A stretch of DNA of 64,000 nucleotides, taken from an uncultured Acidobacteriaceae bacterium (GTDB taxonomy: Bacteria; Acidobacteriota; Terriglobia; Terriglobales; Acidobacteriaceae). The DNA is taken from NCBI GenBank assembly GCA_963803645.1, contig CAWDNK010000006.1, positions 40,205 through 104,204 on the forward strand, in the 5' to 3' direction. Of the stretch, positions 27,736 to 36,056 are shown one piece after another (within the stretch, counting starts at the first letter, position 1; the number at the start of each line of letters is the position of its first letter). The notes under the pieces were generated by a model. That model did no database searches. It was given only the letters and a program-made list of their open reading frames with translations, and was not told where the DNA came from. A program made the position numbers and the translations under genes.

Positions 27736-29400
27736 TCATATCTCCAGTATCACCGGCATAATCAGCGGCCGCCGTTGCGTCTGCCGCGAGATGTAGCGCT
27801 TCAAATCAGTACGGATCTTCTCCTTGATCACTCCGTAATCTGCCTTCTCTTCGGCGCTCGAGGCGTCAAGTGTTTCCATGACGATCTCTCTCGCGCGTTC
27901 CATCACACCATTGTCCCCAGGATTGAAGCCGCGCGTCACAATTTCTGCCGCTGATTCAACTCTCCCCGTCAGCTTATTAATCGCGATGATCGGCATCACA
28001 AAGCCGTCTTCGCTCAGATGGCGGCGGTCTTTGATTACCAGGTCTTCCACCACATCGGTTCGCGAGCCGGAGTCGATGCACACCCGGCCTACATTCACCC
28101 GTCCAGCCTTGCGCGCGCCTAGTTCGTCAATTTCCAGAACATCACCGCTCTCGATCAGCATTACGTTGCCAACCGCGCTCCGCATGGTGCCGGCGAGTTC
28201 CGCATGCAGCTTGAGCTGCCGATACTCGCCGTGGATCGGAATGAAATACTTAGGTCGCACCAGGTTGATGATCAGCTTCAACTCCTCCTGGCTGCCGTGG
28301 CCGCTGACGTGCACCGGCGGATACGAGCCGTCGTCGTAAACGACAAACGCTTCACGGCGGAAGAGATGGTCGATCATCCGGTAGATGGCCTTCTCGTTGC
28401 CGGGAATGATGCGCGAAGAAAGCACGACCGTGTCGCCTCTTTCAATCTTGGCGTGCTTGTGGTTATCGACTGCCGCGCGCGAGAGCGCCGACATCGGCTC
28501 CCCTTGCGTGCCGCTGATCATCACACATACTTTCTCCGGCGGAAAATTCTTCATCTCGCCGGGATGGATCAGCATGCCCTCGGGAATGTTGATATAGCCG
28601 AGATCTTCGGCAATCTCAGATGAGCTGTTCATCGAGCGGCCGATGAAGCAGATTTTCCGGCCGTGTTCCCATGCCATGTCGACAGCCAGCTTAATACGGT
28701 GAATTGACGACGAAAAGCAGGAGATGAACAGACGGCGCTGCGTGCGAACAAAAATCTCTTCGAACTTCCGGTGGACGGCGCGCTCGCTCGGCGTATAGCC
28801 CTTGCGCTCGACGTTGGTTGAATCCTGTAACAGCGCGAGCACGCCTTCTTTTCCATATTCAGCGAAGCTGTGCAGGTCAAAGAGGCGATTGTCGGTGGGT
28901 GTGGGATCGACTTTGAAGTCTCCCGTATGCAGCACGACGCCGAGCGGCGTATGGATGGCAAGAGCCACGCAATCGACGAGACTATGAGTCACTTGAAGCG
29001 GGTGAATCGTGAACGGCCCAATCGTGAACCGCTCGCCCGCCCGCATATCGCGCAGGTCGGCATCGTCCAGCAGTTGGTGCTCGTCGAGTTTGTCCTCGAC
29101 ATAGGAGAGTGTGAACTCGGTGCCCCACACTGGGACGTTCAGTTCGCTCAAAACCCAGGGCAACCCGCCGATATGATCCTCGTGGCCGTGCGTGAGGATA
29201 ATGCCGCGCACATGCTTGCGATTCTCCAGCAGGTAAGAGATGTCGGGGACAACGATGTCAACGCCGAGCAATTCGGTTTCCGGGAACATAAGACCGGCGT
29301 CGACGACGATAATGTCGTCTCCCCAGCGGATGGCCATGCAGTTCATGCCGAATTCGCCCATTCCGCCGAGCGGGATTATATGCAGTTTTCCAGTGGGCAT
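27736..29400 (-). CDS. rnj: Ribonuclease J
   Basis: Metallo-beta-lactamase motif THGHEDHIGG, beta-CASP layout and a C-terminal domain. Start set at MPTGKLHIIPLGG (29400). Confidence 0.9.
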   Translation of the reverse strand: MPTGKLHIIPLGGMGEFGMNCMAIRWGDDIIVVDAGLMFPETELLGVDIVVPDISYLLENRKHVRGIILTHGHEDHIGGLPWVLSELNVPVWGTEFTLSYVEDKLDEHQLLDDADLRDMRAGERFTIGPFTIHPLQVTHSLVDCVALAIHTPLGVVLHTGDFKVDPTPTDNRLFDLHSFAEYGKEGVLALLQDSTNVERKGYTPSERAVHRKFEEIFVRTQRRLFISCFSSSIHRIKLAVDMAWEHGRKICFIGRSMNSSSEIAEDLGYINIPEGMLIHPGEMKNFPPEKVCVMISGTQGEPMSALSRAAVDNHKHAKIERGDTVVLSSRIIPGNEKAIYRMIDHLFRREAFVVYDDGSYPPVHVSGHGSQEELKLIINLVRPKYFIPIHGEYRQLKLHAELAGTMRSAVGNVMLIESGDVLEIDELGARKAGRVNVGRVCIDSGSRTDVVEDLVIKDRRHLSEDGFVMPIIAINKLTGRVESAAEIVTRGFNPGDNGVMERAREIVMETLDASSAEEKADYGVIKEKIRTDLKRYISRQTQRRPLIMPVILEI

Positions 29401-29465
29401 TGAAGAATTGATGCTAGCACACGAGTAGAGATGGGGCTTTGCTTGTCTGCATTGGAGACGCTGCC

Positions 29466-29489
29466 GGAGACGCGGCAAGCCGCGTCTCT
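29466..29489. repeat. GAGACG...CGTCTCTAC GC-rich hairpin element, copy B (in the rnj upstream region)
   Basis: GGAGACGCGG-CAAG-CCGCGTCTCT. A partial duplicate, GGAGACGC, lies at 29454-29461. Confidence 0.6.
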
Positions 29490-29531
29490 ACCAAAAACAT
29501 GGGCGACTTACCCGGCTGATAAACTTAATAA

Positions 29532-29631
29532 GGGTCGTTCGTCATTAGTCGGCGGTTGTTCGCCCATGATCGGCACTCTGCTGAAATTAGCGACTGGCCG
29601 CTGATGACCGACGACTAACGACGAACGACCA
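29532..29631. repeat. Imperfect 20-nt inverted repeat (ACGAC-rich arms) with about 60-nt spacer
   Basis: The reverse complement of GGGTCGTTCGTCATTAGTCG (29532-29551) matches CGACTAACGACGAACGACCA (29612-29631) at 18/20 positions. Confidence 0.55.
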
Positions 29632-29650
29632 GGGACCAACGACCCACCCT

Positions 29651-30346
29651 ATGCCCGACGAAAAGAAATCCTGGTTGCGGCGGCGCACCGAAGAAGCCAT
29701 CCGCGGCGGTTTGACCCGCGCCTACGCGACCGTGAAGGTCGATCCGGAGCGCTTTCTGTTTCAATTGCGCGCCGCGTATGGATTGCCGATTGTTACTTTT
29801 CAGGGCGTCTATTCGGTAGACATATCGCGGCTCGACGATGCCGCCGAATCGGTGATTCGCGGCGGCATGAGGATGGCCGCAGCGGAGGGCGCCGGGCTGG
29901 GGCTCGGCGGCATCCTGACAATCATGCCGGACCTCGGCATTCTCTCCGCCATCACCATGCGCACGATTCAAAAGCTCAGCCTCATTTACGGATTTGAATT
30001 GAATACCGACGACGAGATTGCCGAGTTATGGATTGCGGCCGCGAGCGCGGCCGGCGTCGACATCAGCCGCGAGCTGATGGAAAAAGAAGTGGTCAACCGT
30101 TTTGTGCCCAAGGTGATTCAGCGGATAGCGGCGCGGGCGAGCGCCGAAGTGGTGGAGAAATGGGCGGGCAGGCTGATTCCGATCGCCAGTTCGGCGATTG
30201 GCTGCGCACTGAATTATTTCTTCGTGCGCGCCTGGGGACACCGCGCTCTACAGCACTTCCGCAACAAGCACCTGGAGACCAGGCGCAGATTAGCCGAGGA
30301 TCAGGCTCGACTGTCGGTAGCGTCTTCGATGCCGCTTTTGCCTTAG
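29651..30346 (+). CDS. EcsC family protein
   Basis: The sequence pattern ...GGILTIMPDLGILSAITMRTIQKLSLIYGFE...IPIASSAIGCALNYFFV... resembles EcsC-family proteins, as recognised by eye. Confidence 0.55.
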   Translation: MPDEKKSWLRRRTEEAIRGGLTRAYATVKVDPERFLFQLRAAYGLPIVTFQGVYSVDISRLDDAAESVIRGGMRMAAAEGAGLGLGGILTIMPDLGILSAITMRTIQKLSLIYGFELNTDDEIAELWIAAASAAGVDISRELMEKEVVNRFVPKVIQRIAARASAEVVEKWAGRLIPIASSAIGCALNYFFVRAWGHRALQHFRNKHLETRRRLAEDQARLSVASSMPLLP

Positions 30347-30381
30347 CGATCGCACTGTTGGGGCGTCAACAGGCACCCGTC

Positions 30382-31248
30382 CTAGCGCAGCCACTCCTCC
30401 AACTCAACTCCTCTTTCCGTTTTCTCGTCGCGATATTTGACGATGACGGGCGTGTACAGAGACAGCCCCCACTCCTCAGCCTTGCCTTTGCCCTTGGTCA
30501 CGGCTCTTGAGCCCGGAACGACCACTGCATTCTCCGGAACCTCAAGCGGGTGCTCCGGCGTCGCCCGATAAACTTCGCCGCGCACGAGGTCATAGAGCGG
30601 CGTGGAGCGAGTGAGAATTGTGCCCGCTCCGAGCACGGCGTGCGACCTCACCAGCGTGCCTTCATAGACGCCGCAGTTGCCGCCGATCAGAACGTCGTCT
30701 TCGATGATCACCGGCGCGGCATTGACCGGTTCGAGTACGCCTCCAATCTGCGCGGCCGCGCTCAGGTGAACCCGCTTCCCGATCTGCGCACAGGAGCCGA
30801 CCAGAGCATGCGAATCGATCATCGTACCCTCATCGACATAAGCTCCAACATTGATGAACATCGGAGGCATGCAGATGACCGAGGGTGCTACACAGGCTCC
30901 TTCGCGGATGGACGAGCCTCCTGGCACGAGGCGCACGCGATCGTCAAGCGTTAAACGACGGGCGGGAAAGGTGTCCTTGTCGATGAAGTTGAAAACCTGT
31001 CCATCCGACATTTCTTTGAGCGCGCCCAGGCGGAAGCCGAGCAGGATGCCTTGCTTGACCCACGGATTCGTAATCCAGCGAGCCTCTCCTTTATCGTCGG
31101 CAATTTTTTCGGCGGCGCGAATCTCGCCGCTCGTAAGGCGCGCGCGGAACTCGGCAAACACGCGCCGCGCCTCCGTGGCATCGCCAACGTGAGAGGTCGC
31201 GTACAGTCCTTCTACAGCCGACTTTAATTGCAGGATCGAATCAGACAT
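30382..31248 (-). CDS. dapD: 2,3,4,5-tetrahydropyridine-2,6-dicarboxylate N-succinyltransferase
   Basis: Left-handed beta-helix hexapeptide repeats (...[37 protein letters not shown]...). Start set at MSDSIL (31248). Confidence 0.85.
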   Translation of the reverse strand: MSDSILQLKSAVEGLYATSHVGDATEARRVFAEFRARLTSGEIRAAEKIADDKGEARWITNPWVKQGILLGFRLGALKEMSDGQVFNFIDKDTFPARRLTLDDRVRLVPGGSSIREGACVAPSVICMPPMFINVGAYVDEGTMIDSHALVGSCAQIGKRVHLSAAAQIGGVLEPVNAAPVIIEDDVLIGGNCGVYEGTLVRSHAVLGAGTILTRSTPLYDLVRGEVYRATPEHPLEVPENAVVVPGSRAVTKGKGKAEEWGLSLYTPVIVKYRDEKTERGVELEEWLR

Positions 31249-31269
31249 AGGCAAAGGAAAGTCAGAGTT

Positions 31270-31296
31270 GTCATCCCGAGCAAAGCGAGGCATCTG
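31270..31296. repeat. GTCATCCCGAGC-type short element in the dapD leader region
   Basis: GTCATCCCGAGCAAAGCGAGGCATCTG resembles an intergenic element I recall as widespread in soil-bacterial genomes (from memory). Only one copy is in this window. Confidence 0.3.
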
Positions 31297-31386
31297 TAGT
31301 CCGTAAGAAGCGCCGCGAACCAAGCGTGAACCCGACATCCATGACGCAAATCCGGAACGCTAACAGCCAATAGCTAAGAGCTGTTT

Positions 31387-32514
31387 TCACGCCACGCACT
31401 TGCACTCGCTGCGAATCAACACGCCCGCCATCTGATGCGTCGCCTCACGCGCTTCGGCGGGATTTGTAAACGGCCCGTGCCACCGCGAGTGATTGGGATC
31501 ATGTCCCGACGGCCGCCCTTTGCCTGCACTGCACTGCCCGCAAGAGGCGCGGTGCAATATCACTTTGTGCGGACCGGCAGCCCAGCTTTCGTAAACGTAG
31601 AATTCGCTCGCCGCGGCGGGCGCGGACGAGCGCGCCAGGAGTCCCACATCGGTCGCAATCTTCTGGAGCTTCGAGCGCGTATCGCGGCGCATCGGTAGCA
31701 GTGGCAGGCGATAGATCTCCTGAATCTTTCCCATCATCGCCAGAACGGCTTTCACGGGCAACGGATTCGACTCGATAAAGTTCGCCTGCATGAGCGGCAG
31801 ATATTTGCGATGAATCGCTCGCGCGGTTGACCAGTCATTGGCTAGCGCGGCGTGCGTCATGTCGGCCATTTCGCGCGGAATCTCATTGGACGCCACCGAG
31901 ACGATACCGATGCCGCCGAGCGCAATCACCGGCAGCGTAATGACGTCGTCGCCCGAGAAGACCAGAAAAGTTTCGGGAACGAGGTTCAAGACTTCCGCGA
32001 TCTGCGAAATATTGCCGCTGGCTTCTTTCACGCCTGCAATGTTTGGCACCTCGCTCAGACGCGCCAGCGTTGCCGGTTCAATGTTGGCCGAGGTGCGGCC
32101 GGGAACATTGTAGAGAATCAGCGGCTTGTCGACGGCTTCGGCGATAGCGCGGAAGTGACGATATTGGCCCTCTTGCGTCGGCTTGTTGTAGTAGGGCGAC
32201 GCGGTGAGAATGGCGTCGACGCCTGGGCGCGAAGCAACTTCTTTAGCTTTGGCGACTGCGTCGCTGGTGGAGTTCGACGTTGCCCCGGCAACGATGGGAA
32301 CGCGCCCTGCCACGACTTCAACCGTCACATCAATCACGTGCAGCCACTCGTCATGCGTGAGAGTGGGCGTCTCTCCGGTAGTGCCGCATGGGATCAGAAA
32401 ATCAATGCCAGATTCGATCTGCCACGCGACCAGACTGCGGAGCGCGTTTTCATCGACAGCGCCGTCAACGGTGAACGGCGTAACTAATGCAGTGCCACAA
32501 CCTCGGAGTTGCAT
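31387..32514 (-). CDS. dapA: 4-hydroxy-tetrahydrodipicolinate synthase with about 80-aa Cys-rich C-terminal extension
   Basis: GTTGE, YNVPGRT and the GVKEASGN active-site Lys region. A canonical DapA would end near ...KIATDVGLL; an extra domain with CGQC ... CKC follows. Confidence 0.88.
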   Translation of the reverse strand: MQLRGCGTALVTPFTVDGAVDENALRSLVAWQIESGIDFLIPCGTTGETPTLTHDEWLHVIDVTVEVVAGRVPIVAGATSNSTSDAVAKAKEVASRPGVDAILTASPYYNKPTQEGQYRHFRAIAEAVDKPLILYNVPGRTSANIEPATLARLSEVPNIAGVKEASGNISQIAEVLNLVPETFLVFSGDDVITLPVIALGGIGIVSVASNEIPREMADMTHAALANDWSTARAIHRKYLPLMQANFIESNPLPVKAVLAMMGKIQEIYRLPLLPMRRDTRSKLQKIATDVGLLARSSAPAAASEFYVYESWAAGPHKVILHRASCGQCSAGKGRPSGHDPNHSRWHGPFTNPAEAREATHQMAGVLIRSECKCVA

Positions 32515-32601
32515 AATCCTAAGAATAGCGCGGAAGACCGGCAGGTGTCAGGTGTCAGACCGGGGGCAGGGAATTGGTGGGATGGAACGGCGGCGTCGTC
32601 C

Positions 32602-33102
32602 TCAGGCGTGATGGCCAGAAGTGTGATGGGATGGGTGATGAGACGCGTGATCGCCTGAGACGCTGCTCGCACTCGAGCAACGGTCCAGGTCGCGCTTCAT
32701 CTGATGTAGGGCTGTCGTTTCTGCCTGCGTTCGCCCGTAGCCGAGAGCCATGAGCGTGGCGACCCGGCGCTCGAACTTGTCGAGAACCTGGTTGCGAACT
32801 CGGCCAGGCGACGGATGGCGCTCTCGACCGGGGTTGCGATTTTCGAATTGGTCGCGTATAGCGATGTACAGCATGGTCGCAGGCACGCTGAGCACAATGG
32901 CCGCGCCGAACGTCATCAGCGTGTCGAACCAGTGCTCCACAGCGACGGCGAACACATCGCGCAGAATCCGCAGCAGGTGAATCTCGATCGCCAGCCATGT
33001 GAATGCTGCAATCAGGAACCCAGTGCTGAGCGTGTAGTTGCGGCCGGGGCGCATTGTGAAGAGCAGAATCGCGATCACGACCAGTAGGATGGCGATGGTC
33101 AT
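32602..33102 (-). CDS. Hypothetical membrane protein with His-rich C-terminal tail
   Basis: SD AAGGAG lies 8 nt before ATG 33102. About 3 TM helices. Tail DHASHHPSHHTSGHHA. Sits between dapB and dapA. Confidence 0.55.
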   Translation of the reverse strand: MTIAILLVVIAILLFTMRPGRNYTLSTGFLIAAFTWLAIEIHLLRILRDVFAVAVEHWFDTLMTFGAAIVLSVPATMLYIAIRDQFENRNPGRERHPSPGRVRNQVLDKFERRVATLMALGYGRTQAETTALHQMKRDLDRCSSASSVSGDHASHHPSHHTSGHHA

Positions 33103-33202
33103 GCGATCCGCTCCTTTCGCGGAAGAACCAGATCGGACGCGCTCGCGCCGATTCGGTGTTCCCCGCAAATATCGTAGCACCGCCCGCGTCGGCAATTCGA
33201 CT

Positions 33203-33262
33203 ACAGTTCGCGCCAGAGTTCGGGCTAGAGTTCGGGCTAGAGTTCGGATTAAAGCTCGCGCC
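33203..33262. repeat. 12-nt tandem repeat (about 5 decaying units) starting inside the last codons of dapB
   Basis: ACAGTTCGCGCC AGAGTTCGGGCT AGAGTTCGGGCT AGAGTTCGGATT AAAGCTCGCGCC. Confidence 0.8.
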
Positions 33263-33929
33263 AGATTTTGCGGAAATCGTAGACGCCGGTTTTGCCGACC
33301 AGCCATTCGGCACCGCGGACCGCGCCTTCCGCGAAGCCGCGGCGCGACTTGGAATCGTGGCAGAGGTAGATCCGGTCAGCTGCGGAATTAAATACCAGTT
33401 CGTGCATGCCCACGGCGTCGCCTTCGCGGAAGGAAACGATCTCAAGCTCCTGCTTGCTCAAGTCGTGAATAATGTTCTGCATCATCATCGCCGTGCCGGA
33501 GGGCGCGTCTTTCTTTTGCGCATGGTGCCGCTCGAAAATCTGCCCGGAGTAATCGAAGTTCACAGCGGCCGCGGCAGCCTGGACGATTTCGAAAAAAAGA
33601 TTCACACCGATGGAAAAATTCGATCCATAGAGCAGCCCGGTATTAGCTGTAAGGGCGAGTTCGCGGAGGCGCGGCAGCTGTTCATACCATCCAGTCGTGC
33701 CGATGACCATGCTTTTGCGCGCGCGCATGCAGGCCTCGGCGTTGGCGACAACGGCCGCGGGCGTGGTGAAGTCGATGACCGCGTTATAAGGAGCGAGGAA
33801 ATCGGGAGTAAGTGCGCTGGCGTTGGAGTTGTCGGCTCCGCCGAGGACTTGCACATGATGGCGGCGTTCATGGGCAAGGTCGGCGACTAGAGATCCCGTC
33901 TTGCCGCGGCCGAGAATAAGAAGCTTCAT
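33249..33929 (-). CDS. dapB: 4-hydroxy-tetrahydrodipicolinate reductase
   Basis: KLLILGRGKTG nucleotide-binding motif and ERHHAQKKDAPSGTA signature. Start set at MKLLIL (33929). Confidence 0.9.
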   Translation of the reverse strand: MKLLILGRGKTGSLVADLAHERRHHVQVLGGADNSNASALTPDFLAPYNAVIDFTTPAAVVANAEACMRARKSMVIGTTGWYEQLPRLRELALTANTGLLYGSNFSIGVNLFFEIVQAAAAAVNFDYSGQIFERHHAQKKDAPSGTAMMMQNIIHDLSKQELEIVSFREGDAVGMHELVFNSAADRIYLCHDSKSRRGFAEGAVRGAEWLVGKTGVYDFRKIWREL

Positions 33930-34037
33930 GGGAAACCTGTTCACCGCCCCAGAGGCGCAAAGAAAATCTGGAATCCAATTCAAGCACCTGCTGCTGGATT
34001 TTCCCGGCGGACTCGGCGCCTGGACGGTGAAACGATT

Positions 34038-35411
34038 TTACGCGAACACTTCCGAATCCACCTCGGCAAAGAATGCATGATGCAGCCGCCGAATGACCTC
34101 GGTCGCATCGTCCTCTTCAATCACAAACGTCAAGTTAATTTCCGATGCGCCTTGCGAGATCATCCGGATCTTCACGTCTTCGAGCAGGCCGAAAACTTTA
34201 GCGGCGATGCCCGGAGTTTCGCGCAGGTTCACGCCCACTAGGCAGACGATGGCTTTGCGGCCCTCATACTTCACGTCGGCAAGCTTGGCCAGGTCGGCCG
34301 CCAGCGCCGGAATAGATTCGTTTGTTTCGGCAGTCACCGAAACGCTGACCTCCGACGTCGAGACCACATCGACCGCCACGCCGTGCTGATCAAACAGTTC
34401 AAAGATGGATTTGAGGTACCCGTGGACGAGCAGGCGCCGGGGGGCGGCGACCTCGACCAGCGTAATTTTCTTTTTGAGCGCGATGGCCTTGAATATATTT
34501 TTGCAGCGTGGGGCGCGCGCCGTGACCTTGGTGCCCTCACAGGTGGGGTTCTGCGAATTCAAAACATAGACCGGAATATTCTGCTGAATCGCTGGCAGCA
34601 CCGTCGCCGGATGCAGTACCTTGGCGCCAAAATATGCCAACTCGGCGGCCTCGTCGAAGCTGATGACTTTGATGCGGCGGGCGTCAGGGCAAAGGCGCGG
34701 GTCGGTCGTCATCATGCCGTCAACGTCGGTCCAGATTTCGATGCGCTGCGCGCCCAGGCCCGCGCCAAAAATGGCGGCGGAAAAATCAGAACCGCCGCGG
34801 CCGATGGTCGTCGTGATGCCGGCGCGATTCGAGCCGATAAAGCCGCCCATAACCGGCACGCTCCCCGCTTCGATGAGGGGCGCTACTTTTTTCTTCAGGC
34901 GCTCATTGGTCTCTTCAAATTGCGGAACGGCTTTTGTGAATGCGCTGTCCGTGAGCAGGCACTGGCGCGAATCGACGTGAAGGCCAGGCAGCCCGCGTGC
35001 CACAAAGGCTGCGGCCACGATCTTGCTCGACAGCACTTCGCCAAACGATGCCACATAGTCGTAGGTGCGCGGCGTGATCTCGCCCACCGCGCCGATGCCG
35101 CGGAGCAGCTCATCGAGATCTTCGAAATCGGCGCCCAGGTCGCTATGAAATTCGGTGAAGAGCGCGGTGCCGAGTAGCTCCCCGGCGGTTTCGTAGTGGC
35201 GTTCGCGCAGCGCGCGCGCCATTTTGAGTGCTGTCTTGCGGTCGCCGCCGCCGGCCGCCTTGCCCATAGCCAGCAGGGAGTCGGTTACCTTCGCCATCGC
35301 GCTGACGACGACGACCGGGCGATCGGCGAGTCGCCCCTGCACGATCTGGGCGACGCGGTCGATGGCTTTGGCGTCCTGCACTGAGGTCCCGCCGAATTTC
35401 ATCACGATCAT
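34038..35411 (-). CDS. lysC: Aspartate kinase
   Basis: MIVMKFGGTSV N-terminus, amino-acid kinase fold, two C-terminal ACT domains. Confidence 0.93.
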   Translation of the reverse strand: MIVMKFGGTSVQDAKAIDRVAQIVQGRLADRPVVVVSAMAKVTDSLLAMGKAAGGGDRKTALKMARALRERHYETAGELLGTALFTEFHSDLGADFEDLDELLRGIGAVGEITPRTYDYVASFGEVLSSKIVAAAFVARGLPGLHVDSRQCLLTDSAFTKAVPQFEETNERLKKKVAPLIEAGSVPVMGGFIGSNRAGITTTIGRGGSDFSAAIFGAGLGAQRIEIWTDVDGMMTTDPRLCPDARRIKVISFDEAAELAYFGAKVLHPATVLPAIQQNIPVYVLNSQNPTCEGTKVTARAPRCKNIFKAIALKKKITLVEVAAPRRLLVHGYLKSIFELFDQHGVAVDVVSTSEVSVSVTAETNESIPALAADLAKLADVKYEGRKAIVCLVGVNLRETPGIAAKVFGLLEDVKIRMISQGASEINLTFVIEEDDATEVIRRLHHAFFAEVDSEVFA

Positions 35412-35956
35412 GGGCGGGGATCCTTCTTCGTTGACGCTGCCTTTGGGCTTTCTACGTTTACCGACCCCGACTTCGGATTGGATTCCCTCATCGGTTGCCG
35501 TCGTGCTTCTTGTTTTTCGACGAATTCCTCTTTCCCCTCGTCGAAGAAGAATTCAATGGCTTCCACTCCCGGATGCTCTAGGCCGATACGCTGATCAAGC
35601 CAACCCTTGACGCGCGGGAGAGCCGTTTCCAGAATGTATTGCTGAACGAAATGCCGAGACGTACGTGAGACGGGTCGCACTCCAATCGTCCATTTGTTGA
35701 AGAGTGGGACGCCAGTTCGAAGAAGGCTATTGACCCTCGACATATCTTTGCCCGAGTAGGTGACGCTGAAGAAAGACAAATGACCCAAACGAACCTGCTT
35801 GTAGCGATCCGAACGAAAATCGAGAACGAGCAGTGGCAATTGCGTCGCCGACGCGAGCGCAATCGAAATCCGCTCAGCCCCAATTGGAAAAGACTGGTCA
35901 TGGGGAATCTTGTCCCTGACTCTAGTGGGTATTATGACCGTGTTTACGTCTTCCAT
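35408..35956 (-). CDS. Orphan hypothetical protein translationally coupled to lysC
   Basis: 182-codon ORF fills the asd-lysC gap. Its TGA overlaps the lysC ATG (ATGA). Lower GC than its neighbours. Charged low-complexity C-terminus. No motif recognised. Confidence 0.5.
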   Translation of the reverse strand: MEDVNTVIIPTRVRDKIPHDQSFPIGAERISIALASATQLPLLVLDFRSDRYKQVRLGHLSFFSVTYSGKDMSRVNSLLRTGVPLFNKWTIGVRPVSRTSRHFVQQYILETALPRVKGWLDQRIGLEHPGVEAIEFFFDEGKEEFVEKQEARRQPMRESNPKSGSVNVESPKAASTKKDPRP

Positions 35957-36056
35957 GTCTTTTCGCTTTTGCTAAGTCGAGGCTTAATTCCCAGACTCCT
36001 AAGCACTATTCTTCATGCGTCAATGCCAAAACAGCTCGGAATGCTGAAAGGGCATC

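Noticed and set aside
35412-36056. Lysine (L-box) riboswitch upstream of lysC.
   Set aside because: The conserved L-box helices and core motifs are not recognisable. The space is occupied by a continuous 182-codon ORF coupled to lysC.
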